DNA from: Aplysia californica | Lineage: Eukaryota | Reading direction: 5' to 3' | Length of the DNA stretch: 63,840 nucleotides | NCBI RefSeq assembly: GCF_000002075.1 | Contig: NW_004797494.1 | Span: forward strand, 27,465 to 91,304 | Shown here: piece after piece, positions 12,245-23,875 of the stretch | How the letters are laid out: every line of letters starts with the position of its first letter | Position numbering within the stretch: the first letter of the stretch is position 1 | Made by a program: the position numbers and the translations under genes | Notes under the pieces: model-generated | The model's database searches: none | What the model saw: only the letters and a program-made list of their open reading frames with translations | What the model was told of the DNA's origin: nothing

Positions 12245-13117
12245 GTAAGGTTATCATTTTTGTGAAATGTACAAGTGCATCTCATATAGAGGGACTGCAT
12301 GGATTTTTAAAATAGAAACGATGTTTTGATTTTTATTCTCTGCTGTAAATACACGTCAGCAGTCGTTTCATGCTGTTCTCACTCCAGCATTTGATGGTTC
12401 TCGCTAGTTTTCCTGTTGAGGTGATCGTCACAGAAAACCAACAGGATGCCATCCCTTGTGGTCTTATATAACGGTGAACGTGGGAAATAAGGCACACTGC
12501 TGGAACTCAGGCAGGAATTGTTGTCAAATACATTCACATACAGAAGAGGATCTGCAGAAAATTCTTCAGTGGTTCAACAAAAGCCTTGTGTAGAATAAAC
12601 GCCAACATATAAGTGCAATAAGAAGTGTAGGATTCTATTGTCTCGGCATATAACATAACAAGGCTCAACAAACATAGACTATAGAGATTGTTCTGGTATG
12701 CTAAATGTTGTGTGCTCCAAAGACATCACGGTTTTGTTTCTTTGAAATTTGATAATTGGACTGCCCTCTCAAGCATCTTTGAAAGGCTTTGACATAGCCT
12801 CGATGAAACGTAATGTTGTGGAAAGTATATTTAACGTCAACGTCAGCCCTTTTCGTGTGCAAATATTCATCATGCTCATGCAGAACTTTCAAGCAGGCTG
12901 AAAAAGTCAATTGTTTCTTGTTCCTTATAGTTTATATTTTGTTGTTATAAATTGTTTCCTACCGCAGGCCACAGGCACCTGCAGAAAAACCATAGTGGAT
13001 AAGTCCTCTCTTTATTTTGTGGCTCTTGTGTTTAGTTTCTAATAAGATATGAGCAATTATGTGGCTCTTCAACTAGAAAAAGATTGTTTTTTATTTTGCA
13101 AGTCAAATTCAGTTCTG

Positions 13118-13443
13118 GTAATAATAATAATAAATAGCATTTGTATAGCGCATATCCCCGCTCAACAGCAGGCTCTATGCGCTTTACACTATATTATTAC
13201 CACAGCAGACAATAGAATACTCCGAAACATTCTCAGCTTCCCGGGAAGCATACAGTGTAAGCAGCTGATTAAGCGCTCAAACACTATCAAACTGACAAGA
13301 TCTTTCGCTGTCTATAGCCGGGTACCCATTCCCACCTGGGTGAAGTGAGGCAAAGTGCCTTTCCCAAGGACACAATGTTGGGCCCCCTGACGGGATTCGA
13401 ACCCACGACCTTACGGTTGCGAGTCCGAGAGTCTAACCACTAG
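13118..13443 (-). mobile_element. tRNA-derived SINE (family D; CORE-like centre, L2-like tail)
   Basis: B box GGTTCGAATCC, GTGTCCTTGGGAAAGGCACTT and AATGGGTACCC centre, GCGCTATACAAAT(ATT)n tail. Confidence 0.85.
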
Positions 13444-13620
13444 GTAGCAATTTAAAGAAACTGAGGAGAGTGGCTATTCTATCAGATTGGGGAAAAAAAA
13501 ACACATAAATAAAAATGTTTTCAAGAACAGACAAAAATGTTGAAGTACGTGTAGCACTGTAAAGCCCTGTCTACGGTAGAAGTTTCCCCATCTCCACTTT
13601 TGTCTTACCTGTGCTTTCAG

Positions 13621-13709
13621 GTGTGAAGGAGCCCGGGAGGCTGGAAAAACTGACAGAGTATTTCTCCCGGTTTGGAAAAATCAAGTTCATCCGATTTGCC
13701 ACTGTTGGG
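13621..13709 (+). CDS. TUT1: TUT1 exon (RRM helix 1)
   Basis: LEKLTEYFSRFGKIKFI; ctttcag acceptor, GTGAGT donor; phase 1 to 0. Confidence 0.9.
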
Positions 13710-13857
13710 GTGAGTCGGTCATTTGCTTTCATTTGAATTTCTTTTTATGAAATCACTAACTAATGAATCAAATAACCAAACACTAAAAAACAGATGGGGT
13801 CAGTGGTATTCATTTTCTCATAAACTTCCATCTGAATGTTGAAATATCATTGTTCCT

Positions 13858-14030
13858 GTGGGTGGTTGGCGGGTGCTCTGGTGTGGTTTGCTCCTTCTTT
13901 CCAATCAGACATCTATCGTTTTTATCTTCCCTCCTTCTTTTTTATGTTTTTTACTGTCTTGTAAACCCTCTAATCTTCTGGTGCTCATATGACCTTATGC
14001 AGTTGCGAGTGCCATAAAACCTCTACTAAA
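13858..14030 (+). mobile_element. Short retroelement family A
   Basis: GTGGGTGGTTGGCGGGTGCTCTGG head, hairpin tail. Confidence 0.9.
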
Positions 14031-14192
14031 AGAATATTTAAAAAAGAAACGGCCATTTCCCACTTCCACTCTTACATTTTCATTTACACATGAAAAATGA
14101 CGTTGTCCAAACGTCCACCTGTCTAAGACAACCGCTTTTCTCTTCACCAATGGCTGGCCATCTTGCACAATTTCGCCCGTGTCTCACCGCAG

Positions 14193-14399
14193 GCCTTTGT
14201 GGAGTTCCGAGATGCCAGCTCGCCGGGGAAAGTGCTGAGCTGTAGGGAGCACGTCTGCCGCGGCGTCCGTCTGTCGGTGAAGGAGTACACGCTGCGGCCG
14301 GACAGACAGACGGTCAAGCAGGAGAAGGAGCAGAAGGAGCAGGAGGAAAAACTGAGATCTCAGACACACATCATGGGGCTCCTGATGTCTGCGCGCGAT
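14193..14399 (+). CDS. TUT1: TUT1 exon (RRM RNP1 to end of RRM)
   Basis: AFVEF...HVCRGVRLSVK...LMSARD; ccgcag acceptor, GTGAGT donor; 207 nt. Confidence 0.9.
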
Positions 14400-14439
14400 G
14401 TGAGTACGCTGTGTTGTAGCGCAGCGTGTGTGTATGGTG

Positions 14440-14524
14440 TGTAGTAGAGCACAGCATGTATGTACGTTGTTTTGTATATATATATATATATATATAGAGC
14501 ACAGCATGTATGTACGTTGTTTTG

Positions 14525-14559
<35 letters not shown>

Positions 14560-14627
14560 CACAGCATGTATGTACGTTGTGTTGTATATATATATATATA
14601 GAGAGAGCACAGCATGTATGTACTGTG

Positions 14628-14671
<44 letters not shown>

Positions 14672-14915
14672 CACAGCATTTATGTACGTTGTGTTGTATA
14701 TATATAGAGCACAGCATGTATGTACTGTGTGTTATATATAGAGAGCACGTCATGGGGCTCCTGATGTCTGCGCGCGATGTGAGTACTTTGTGTTGTAGCG
14801 CAGTGTGTGTGTACGGTGTGTTCTATATATATAGAGCACAGCATGTATGTACGGTGTGTTGTATATATATAGAGCACAGCATGTATGTATGGTGTGTTGT
14901 ATGTATAGAGCACAT
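14440..14915 (+). repeat. (AT)n-containing minisatellite with an embedded copy of the preceding exon end and donor (14746-14815)
   Basis: Unit agagcacagcatgtatgtacgttgt(at)n; catggggctcctgatgtctgcgcgcgat|gtgagtac is duplicated. Confidence 0.9.
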
Positions 14916-15030
14916 GTTTCACTTCACAGATAGATAAGATTGTAGAGCTGATCATTCAATTTTCAAGTTTGTGAAATTTTGGGTGCAATTTGTTGTAAAG
15001 CAATTCCTTTTTTGTGGGACACGTTCACAG

Positions 15031-15145
15031 GTTGAGGATCAGATGTCGCGGCTGTCGCAGCAGTTGAGGTTGACGGCGAAAGATGAAGCGGAGAGGGCAG
15101 GGATTTGTGCCGACCTTACAGCGATCTTCTCTCCTTTCTTCGACT
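15031..15145 (+). CDS. TUT1: TUT1 exon
   Basis: VEDQMSRLSQQLRLT...ICADLTAIFSPFF; cacag acceptor, GTGAGT donor. Confidence 0.9.
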
Positions 15146-15233
15146 GTGAGTCGGCACTTTTTTCCCCTGTTCTTGGAGTTTGGGAGTTGTTTCTTTTTTT
15201 TCTTTTTTGGAACTGTAAATCAAACCTGTGTGA

Positions 15234-15413
15234 GTGGGTGGTCGAGAAGGTGCTCTGGTGTGGTTTGCTTCTTCTTTTCTATCAAACAGCTGTTGTCCTT
15301 ATCTCCCTTTTTTCTTTTTTGTGTTTGTTACTCTCTTGTGACACCTCTAATCTTCTGGCGCTCATTTGACCGTATGCAGTTGCGAGCCCCGTAAAACCTC
15401 TACTAATACAAAA
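15234..15413 (+). mobile_element. Short retroelement family A
   Basis: Head and hairpin tail. Confidence 0.88.
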
Positions 15414-15584
15414 CAATTACTACAGTGATTTTTTAAATTAATGATTATTATTTTAGTAATAATAATATTTATACATTTTTTATGATAATACCGTACTAAT
15501 GATGATGGTGATAATCGTACAAAATAAACACATTTGCTGTGGTTCTGTTTTCTCCTTGTATTCTCTGGCAACCTTACCTTACAG

Positions 15585-15700
15585 CTTGCCAGATTTACCA
15601 GTTTGGATCGTCGCTCAATGGATTTGGCCTCCAGGGCTGTGACCTTGACCTGTTCATCGAGCTTAATCAAGGCGACGCCTCAACTTCCTCCGTGCGCAAG
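15585..15700 (+). CDS. TUT1: TUT1 exon (NTase catalytic motif)
   Basis: FGSSLNGFGLQGCDLDLF; ttacag acceptor, GTGAGT donor; phase 1 to 0. Confidence 0.95.
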
Positions 15701-15759
15701 GTGAGTGTGTGGCGTGTGCTGTGTTGGGACTTTTCCTTTGTCACAGATTGTTGGTGCCG

Positions 15760-17090
15760 TCTTCTTCTTTGTCTCGATCGCATCGCACGTGAAGTCTGCT
15801 ATCTGTCATAGACTGGGCCGTCCATCACACGTGAAGTCTGCTATCTGTCATAGACTGGGCCGTCCATCTCACGTGAAGTCTGCTATCTGTCATAGACTGG
15901 GCTGTCCATCTCATGTGAAGTCTGCTATCTGTCATAGACTGGGCCGTCCATCACACTTGAAGTCCGCTGTCTGTCATATGCTGGGCCGTCCATCTCACTT
16001 GAAGTAAGGTATCTATCAGATACTGGGCCATCCATCTCACTAGAAGTAAGGTATCTATCAGATACTGGGCCATCCATCTCACTAGAAATAAGTTATCTAT
16101 CAGATACTGGGCCATCCATCACACGTGAAGTCTGCTATCTGTCATAGACTGGGCTGTCCATCACACGTGAAGTCTGCTATCTGTCATAGACTGGGCCGTC
16201 CATCACACGTGAAGTCTGCTATCTGTCATAGACTGGGCTGTCCATCACACGTGAAGTCTGCTATCTGTCATAGACTGGGCCGTCCATCTCACGTGAAGTC
16301 TGCTATCTGTCATAGACTGGGCTGTCCATCTCATGTGAAGTCTGCTATCTGTCATAGACTGGGCCGTCCATCACACTTGAAGTCCGCTGTCTGTCATATG
16401 CTGGGCCGTCCATCTCACTTGAAGTAAGGTATCTATCAGATACTGGGCCATCCATCTCACTAGAAGTAAGGTATCTATCAGATACTGGGCCATCCATCAC
16501 ACTTGAAGTAAGGTATCTATCAGATACTGGGCCATCCATCTCACTAGAAGTAAGGTATCTATCAGATACTGGGCCATCCATCTCATTAGAAATAAGGTAT
16601 CTATCAGATACTGGGCCGTCCATCACACGTGAAGTCTGCTATCTGTCATAGACTGGGCTGTCCATCACACGTGAAGTCTGCTATCTGTCATAGACTGGGC
16701 CGTCCATCTCACGTGAAGTCTGCTATCTGTCATAGACTGGGCTGTCCATCTCATGTGAAGTCTGCTATCTGTCATAGACTGGGCCGTCCATCACACTTGA
16801 AGTCCGCTGTCTGTCATATGCTGGGCCGTCCATCTCACTTGAAGTAAGGTATCTATCAGATACTGGGCCATCCATCTCACTAGAAGTAAGGTATCTATCA
16901 GATACTGGGCCATCCATCACACTTGAAGTAAGGTATCTATCAGATACTGGGCCATCCATCTCACTAGAAGTGAGGTATCTATCAGATATTGGGCCAGCCA
17001 TCACACTTGAAGTTCGCTATCTATCAGATATTGGTCCGTCCTGCTCAGTTCATCTGTCGGCCCGTATAGCTTCGCTTGGAGTGTCAATAC
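15760..17090 (-). repeat. 42-bp minisatellite with higher-order structure, expanded inside the 3' end of a LINE
   Basis: About 30 units of two variants; flanks match 26243-26345 and encode KLYGPTDELSRT...LQV* followed by (GAA)n on the minus strand. Confidence 0.9.
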
Positions 17091-17552
17091 ATTTCCTTCC
17101 GCCCTGCAATTCTAAACTGGGACGTCTCTGTGACTGCAATGTGCACACAGCAAGTTTTACAAGATGGACATGTGTAGCATCAATACTTTTTATTGTTATC
17201 ATGTTATCATTGTTATCATTGTTATCATCATCATCATCATCATCATCATTCGAATGGAGTTATTTGGACGAATGGAGGTGCCTCTAAGCATATTGACAAT
17301 GGAGCCGAAAAAGAGCCTCGCTCTCGCTCGAAGATTTCTTCGTGGTGTCCACCAGGCTCATTAAGGAAACTAAAAAAAGATCCTCTTCATAATCATTATT
17401 ATTATTACTTTGCTAGAACAAGAGACAAAAGCTAGAAAAAAAATTCACTAATTAATGAATCGAATAATCAAACGCTAACAAATAGATGGGGTCAGTGGTA
17501 TTCATTTTCTCATAAACTTCCATCATCTGAATGTTGAAATATCATTGTACCT

Positions 17553-17715
17553 GTGGGTGGTTGGCGGGTGCTCTGGTGTGGTTTGCTTCTTCTTTCCTAT
17601 CAATTCTTCTTTTTTATGTTTGTTACTCTCTCTCTTGTAACAGCTCTAATCTTCTGGCGCTCATATGACCTTATGCAGTTGTGAGCGCCGTAAAACCTTT
17701 ACTGAAACTAAAAAC
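17553..17715 (+). mobile_element. Short retroelement family A
   Basis: 11-bp TSD TCATTGTACCT (17542-17552 and 17716-17726). Confidence 0.92.
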
Positions 17716-17989
17716 TCATTGTACCTACCCACCCACATTCTCATAGTCATAGTCAATGCTTAAGATCAAAAACATAGCGGCAAATAACAAAGCTGTTGTT
17801 GTTGCTGTTGTTGTGATAAAACAAAGCTGCTGTTGTTGTTGTTGTGATAAAACAAAGCTGTTGTTGTTGTTGTTGTTGTTGTGATAAAACAAAGCTGCTG
17901 TTGTTGTTGTTGTGATAAAACAAAGCTGTTGTTGTTGTGATAAAACAAAGCTGCTGTTGTTGTTGTTGTTGTTATGACAAAACAAAGCT

Positions 17990-18231
17990 GTGGGTGGTTG
18001 ACGGGTGCTCTGGTGTGGTTGGCTCCTTCTTTCCTATCAAACATCTATCGTCCTTATCTCTCCTTGTTTTTTGTGTTTGTTACTCTCTTGTAACACCTCT
18101 AATCTTCAGCACTTATATGACCTTATTGTATTGCAAGTGCCGTAAAACACTAACTAAAGCTAAAAACTAAAGCCTTTATATGACCTTATTGTGTTGCAAG
18201 TGCCGTAAAACACTTACTATAAACTCCCAAA
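17990..18231 (+). mobile_element. Short retroelement family A with duplicated tail, inserted in a (TTG)n minisatellite (17785-18250)
   Basis: GCACTT...AAGTGCC tail followed by a partial second tail; caaagct direct repeats at both ends. Confidence 0.88.
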
Positions 18232-18261
18232 ACCAAAGCTGTTGTTGTGGTGGTGTTTCAG

Positions 18262-18352
18262 CGACCGATCCCCCTCCCCTACCACCGCGACCTCAAGTCT
18301 CTGTGCCAGTTCTCCCACGGCCCACTCAGCACACAGCTCTTGGACCAAGTTG
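18262..18352 (+). CDS. TUT1: TUT1 exon, 3' end lost in gap (a duplicate of its end lies at 18660-18717)
   Basis: tttcag acceptor, RPIPLPYHRDLKSLCQFSHGPLSTQLLDQV in phase 0; the post-gap copy ends LDQVDSLDL|GTGGGT. Confidence 0.65.
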
Positions 18353-19060
18353 NNNNNNNNNNNNNNNNNNNNNNNNNNNNNNNNNNNNNNNNNNNNNNNN
18401 NNNNNNNNNNNNNNNNNNNNNNNNNNNNNNNNNNNNNNNNNNNNNNNNNNNNNNNNNNNNNNNNNNNNNNNNNNNNNNNNNNNNNNNNNNNNNNNNNNNN
18501 NNNNNNNNNNNNNNNNNNNNNNNNNNNNNNNNNNNNNNNNNNNNNNNNNNNNNNNNNNNNNNNNNNNNNNNNNNNNNNNNNNNNNNNNNNNNNNNNNNNN
18601 NNNNNNNNNNNNNNNNNNNNNNNNNNNNNNNNNNNNNNNNNNNNNNNNNNNNNNNNNNNGCTGTCCCACAGTCCACTCAGCCCGCAGCTCTTGGACCAAG
18701 TCGACTCGCTGGATCTGGTGGGTGTGTGTGTCTGTGTGTGTGTGTGTGTCTATGTGTGTGTGTGTCTGTCTGTGTGTCTCAAGTCTCGGTGCCTGTTGTC
18801 CCACGGCCCACTCAGTGTGTGTGTTTGTGTGTATGTGTATGAGATGTGTGTCTGTGTGTGTGTGTGTCCACGCTCTTCTCTTTGTACCGTGTGTGTGTGT
18901 GTGTACATGTGTGTGTGTATGTGTGTGTGTACGTGTGTGTGAGAGTGCGCGTGTGTGTTTGTGTGTGTAGGTCTGTGTGTGTGTCATGCGTATGTGTGTA
19001 TGAGAGAAAGAGGTACAAACCGGGGAAAATGTTATCTCCATGTGCTTGTTTGGTCTCCAG

Positions 19061-19200
19061 GTGAAGCTGTTGTCCCGGATTCTGTCCTCCCACAAGAGCG
19101 ACTACTCCGAAGTCTTGACCATCCCAAGTAGCCGCTGTCCAGTCATCCGTTTCTCACACAACCCCTCGGGCATCAAGTGCGACCTGTCGTTCAGCAACAG
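19061..19200 (+). CDS. TUT1: TUT1 exon (third catalytic Asp)
   Basis: IPSSRCPVIRFSHNPSGIKCDLSFSNR; ctccag acceptor, GTAGGT donor; phase 2. Confidence 0.93.
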
Positions 19201-19700
19201 GTAGGTTTTGTGTCGTTGACTCAGCAACAGGTAGGTTTTGTGTCGTTGACTCAGCCACAGGTAGGTTTTGTGTCATTGACTCAGCCACAGGTAGGTTTTG
19301 TGTCGTTGACTCAGCCACAGGTAGGTTTTGTGTCGTTGACTCAGCCACAGGTAGGTTTTGTGTCGTTCAGCAACAGGTAGGTTTTGTGTCTCGTAGGTTT
19401 TGTGTCATGTACTCAGCCACAGGTAGGTTTTGTGTCGTGTACTCGGCAACAGGTAGGTTTTGTGTCATGTACTCAGCAACAGGTAGGTTTTGTGTCGTGT
19501 ACTCAGCAACAGGTAGGTTTTGTGTCGTGTACTCAGCCACAGGTAGGTTTTGTGTCGTTGACTCGGCCACAGGTAGGTTTTGTGTCATTGACTCAGCCAC
19601 AGGTAGGTTTTGTGTCGTTGACTCAGCCACAGGTAGGTTTTGTGTCGTTGACTCAGCCACAGGTAGGTTTTGTGTCGTTGACTCAGCCACAGGTAGGTTT
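19185..19700 (+). repeat. 30-bp minisatellite containing the exon end and donor (CAG|GTAGGT)
   Basis: About 17 units of gtaggttttgtgtcgttgactcagc(a/c)acag. Confidence 0.95.
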
Positions 19701-19894
19701 TGGGAACTCTGTGCCACCACTTTCCAAAGACGAAATGTACTCGTTAATCCGATGCGTACGCTTTGCATAGCAGTCTGTCAAAATGATTTTATTTAAAATA
19801 CGGAAAGTTTCAAAGCGATCTTCCCGCTAGAAGTATTCTAAAAGGTGCAGAATACAACCCCGGGGGTACAAAATGACACCAGGGTGTACTGATC

Positions 19895-20090
19895 ACTGAT
19901 AGATTGTCACCCATCGTTTTCCCTGTCCACTCTGCGATGTTGTCCTCCCATCTCCTTCTCTGCCTTCCTCTCTTTCTCTTTCCTTGTACGGCTCCTTGTA
20001 GGATTGTTTTGGCAAGTCCTGTGGATGTTGTGACATTCCCATACCATTTTAATTTTTGTCTCTTCACTGTGGTCAGTAGATCTTCATTAC
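19895..20090 (-). mobile_element. RTE-clade LINE ORF C-terminal fragment
   Basis: EDLLTTVKRQKLKWYGNV...KTILQGAVQGKRKRGRQRRRWEDNIAEWTG. Confidence 0.85.
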
Positions 20091-20460
20091 CCCCCAGGGC
20101 AGTGCCACTGACTGTAGTGTCTTTAGGCCATTCCCAAGGGGACATTTCTCGTTCAAGCATTGTAGAATTGTAAATGGGCTGATTCATGTCACGCTCATAA
20201 CTGTGCCTGATCTACAACAGGGAACTGCTGCTTTTTCTTTCCTGATCCTTACTATTGTCATTTTCCTCTACTTCTTTTGTATGTTTGTCACTCTCTTGTG
20301 ACCTGCTATTTCCGGGGAGCCTTGATAGTCGAGGCAGACCTTGTGCTGTTGAGCAGTCTAAGTCTGATTCCCTGTAAAGACTTCTCTGTTGACACCCACC
20401 CCTTGGCGCTCATATGACCTTTTGCAGTTGCGAGCGCCATAAAACCCTCTAAGTACTTAA
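20091..20460 (+). mobile_element. Short retroelement family B (~380 bp)
   Basis: Head CCCC(A/G)GGGCAGTGCCACTGACTG, same GGCGCTC...GAGCGCC tail as family A; other copies at 23876, 27125, 35378, 38230. Confidence 0.88.
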
Positions 20461-20486
20461 AAAAACCAATCCTCGTTCTGTTTCAG

Positions 20487-20716
20487 AGTTGCGCTGTTGA
20501 ACAGCCGGCTCCTGCGCCTGTACAGCCAAGAGCCCCGCGTACACGCCCTCGTGACCACCGTCCGGCTGTGGGCGCAGCGACAGAACCTGGCGGCCACCGC
20601 GCAGTTCGGCCATCTGCTGACCAGCTACTCCCTCACCTGGCTGGTGCTCTTCTTTGTCCAGAGCCAGGAGCCGGCCTTACTGCCCTCGGTGGAACAGGTG
20701 CCCGACCGTGTGCCCG
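20487..20716 (+). CDS. TUT1: TUT1 exon (central domain)
   Basis: ALLNSRLLRLY...VRLWA...LTSYSLTWLVLFFVQ...LLPSV; tttcag acceptor, GTAATG donor; phase 2 to 1. Confidence 0.92.
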
Positions 20717-21445
20717 GTAATGACACATTGTTGGTGTGTTTGTTGGTTTGTTGGTTTGTTTGTTCACTCCGTGCTGTGTGCCCGGCAATGACACATTGTT
20801 GGTGTGTTTGTTGGTTTGTTTGTTCAGTGCTGTGTGCCCGGCAATGACACATTGTTGGTGTGTTTGTTGGTTTGTTTGTTCACTCCGTGCTGTGTGCCCG
20901 GCAATGACACATTGTTGGTGTGTTTGTTGGTTTGTTGGTTTGTTGGTTTGTTTGTTCACTCCGTGCTGTGTGCCCGGTAATGACACATTGTTGGTGTGTT
21001 TGTTGGTTTGTTTGTTCACTCCGTGCTGTGTGCCCGACAATGACACATTGTTGGTGTGTTTGTTGGTTTGTTGGTTTGTTTGTTCACTCCGTGCTGTGTG
21101 CCCGGCAATGACACATTGTTGGTGTGTTTGTTGGTTTGTTTGTTCACTCCGTGCTGTGTGCCCGACAATGACACATTGTTGGTGTGTTTGTTGGTTTGTT
21201 TGTTCACTCCGTGCTGTGTGCCCGGCAATGACACATTGTTGGTGTGTTTGTTGGTTTGTTTGTTCACTCCGTGCTGTGTGCCCGGCAATGACACATTGTT
21301 GGTGTGTTTGTTGGTTTGTTAGTTTGTTTGTTTGTTTGTTCACTCCGTGCTGTGTGCCCGGTAATGAGAGATTGTTGGTTGGTTTGTTTGTTTGTTTGTT
21401 TGTTTGTTTGTTTGTTTGTTCACTCCGTGTTGTGTGCCCGGCAAT
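20707..21445 (+). repeat. ~60-bp minisatellite starting at the exon end and donor
   Basis: About 12 units of gtgtgcccg(g/a)(t/c)aatgacacattgttggtgtgtttg...cactccgtgct. Confidence 0.95.
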
Positions 21446-21486
21446 GGAGAGATCAATTGTTTTTCTTCTGATTCTACTGTTGGAAA

Positions 21487-22095
21487 GTGGGTTGTTGGCG
21501 GGTGCTCTGGTGTGGTTTGCTCCTTCTTTCCTATCAAACATCTGTTGTCCTTTTCTCCTCCTCCTTCTTTTTTGTGTTTGTTCCTCTCTTGTAACTCCTC
21601 TAATCTTCGGCACTTATATTATGACCTTATTGTGTTGCAAGTGCCGTTAAACGCTTACTAAAACTAAAAAACATTTACTGAACTAAAAACCTCTTACTAA
21701 ACTAAAAAACACTGTTACTAAAACTAAAAAACACTTTAACAAACTAAAAAGAAACACTTACTAAAACTAAAAAACACTTACTGAAATAAAAAAACTTTTA
21801 CTAAACTAAAAAACACTTTTACTAAAACTAAAAAACACTAACTAAACTAAAAAACCCTTGCTAAACTAAAAAACACTTTAAAAAACTAAAAAACTCTAAC
21901 TGAACTGAAAAAAACACTGTAAAAACACTTTTACTAAAACTAAAAAACACTTACTAAGACTAAAAAACACTTACTAAACTAAAAAACACTAAAACTAAAA
22001 AACTCTTTCTAAAACTAAAAAACACTTACTAAAACTAAAAAAAACACTTACTAAAAACAACACTTACTAAACTAAAAAACCCTTACTAAAACTAA
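21487..22095 (+). mobile_element. Family A element whose tail expanded into a ~440-bp (ACTAAAAAACACTT)-like array
   Basis: Complete head and hairpin, then a degenerate tail repeat up to 33 nt before the next acceptor. Confidence 0.88.
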
Positions 22096-22128
22096 GCCGA
22101 GCCTGTCTCTACTCCCCCCTCCACACAG

Positions 22129-22218
22129 GTGCTGAGACTGTGAGTGTGTCGGACTTCTCCTGTGTCTCTGTGCCCGTGCACGCTCACCTGCCCGCTTCCA
22201 CCAACACCACATCGTCCG
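22129..22218 (+). CDS. TUT1: TUT1 exon
   Basis: GAETVSVSDFSC...PASTNTTS; cacacag acceptor, GTAAGT donor; 90 nt, phase 1. Confidence 0.8.
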
Positions 22219-22256
22219 GTAAGTCGCCACCGAGCGGCCGGCCTCGTCGCGACATC

Positions 22257-23053
22257 TTGTCACCGTCACTTGTCATTTCATCCTGTCTATTGTCACCTGT
22301 CATGTCATCCTGTCTATTGTCACCTGTCATTTCATCCTGTCTATTGTCACCTTCACCTGTCATTTCATCCTCTCTATTGTCACCTGTCATGTCATCCTCT
22401 CTATTGTCACCTGTCATGTCATCCTCTCTATTGTAGGCTTGGCTAGGCTTGTACTAAAGAAAAAGAAGAGGGACCACATTACTCCCATGCTAAGAACGTT
22501 GCATTGGCTTCCCGTGTCAGCTAGAATNNNNNNNNNNNNNNNNNNNNNNNNNNNNNNNNNNNNNNNNNNNNNNNNNNNNNNNNNNNNNNNNNNNNNNNNN
22601 NNNNNNNNNNNNNNNNNNNNNNNNNNNCCAGAATGTCATATAAAATTGCAATATTATGTCATAAATGTGTCAATAACAAAGCTCCCTCATATCTTAGTGA
22701 TCTCATCCAGATTTATGTTCCATCTAGATCACTAAGATCAGGCGACCAGTATCTTTTACGAGTTCCTAGAAAAGGCGGTAAAAAATTAGCCGAAAGATCG
22801 TTCGCCCACCTTGCTCCGTCAGTTTGGAACTCTCTTCCCCAACCCTTGAGACATACAACATCTGAGTCTAAATTTAAAAAATCTTTAAAGACACATTTAA
22901 TGACATCCTTTTTAAGTCAGTAGATTCATGTTCAGTACAATGTTATGTAAATGTCTATGTATCCATTTATGTATTTTGTGAATTGCAGTGTATATATTAT
23001 TTTATTCTCATTTCGTGAAGATGTGTAATCGTGTGCGTGTGATAAGCAAGTAG

Positions 23054-23094
<41 letters not shown>

Positions 23095-23665
23095 TGTGTG
23101 TGTGTGTGTGTGTGAGTGTGTGTTTGTGTGTGTTTGGCATACATGTGTGCGTGTTATGTATTCGTGAGTGTGTATGCGTGTGTTTGTGTGTGTGTATATG
23201 TATATGTGTGTGTGTTTGTGTGTATATGAGTGTGTGTGTGTGTGTCGCGTGCATGAATATTTTTCTTACATGCATTTATGTAAAGCGCCTAGAGCTGTGT
23301 TTACACGGGAGTGGGCGCTATAGAGATGATCTTCATTATTATTATTATTATTATTGTCACCTGTCATGTCATCCTCTCTATTGTCACCTGTCATGTCATC
23401 CTGTCTATTGTCACCTGTCATGTCATCCTGTCTATTGTCACCTGTCATTTCATCCTCTCTATTGTCATCAGTCATTTCATCCTCTCTATTGTCACCTGTC
23501 ATTTCATCCTGTCTATTGTCACCTGTCATTTCATCCTGTCTATTGTCACCTGTCATTTCATCCTCTCTATTGTCACCTGTCATTTCATCCTCTCTATTGT
23601 CACCTGTCATTTCATCCTCTCTATTGTCACCTTCACCTGTCATTTCATCCTCTCTATTGTCATCC
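22257..23665 (+). repeat. 21-bp minisatellite (tctattgtcacctgtcatttcatcc-like) split by an L2 insertion
   Basis: Arrays at 22257-22434 and 23352-23665. Confidence 0.9.
22435..23355 (+). mobile_element. 5'-truncated L2-clade LINE (ORF2 C-terminus, 3' UTR and (ATT)n tail)
   Basis: ARLV...RDHITPMLRTLHWLPV...APSYL...RSLRS...RSF...APSVWNSLP...FKKSLKTHL*; tail AAAGCGCCTAGAG...GCGCTATAG(ATT)n. Confidence 0.92.
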
Positions 23666-23875
23666 TTGCTATCATTGACGTCACTGTTATTGTTATCAGA
23701 TTGTTGCTGGGTGACACGCGTTCCTTCCTTCAATCACTTCCCAACAACACTGCTGTTCTTTTCATCCTGTACCCGTCAACCTAATACATTGGTCAACAGT
23801 ATGGGTTGGAAAAGGCTTTTCACCTGGAACAATTTTTCTGTTCAATCTTTATTTAAAGTTTAAAGACTTGGTACC

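Noticed and set aside
15785-21445. CRISPR-like regularly spaced repeats
   Set aside because: Head-to-tail minisatellites without unique spacers, no cas genes, eukaryotic intron context
20633-21650. 300+ aa ORFs on both strands (also 19367-19796, 23058-23863, 32451-33154)
   Set aside because: Translations of tandem repeats within introns or UTRs
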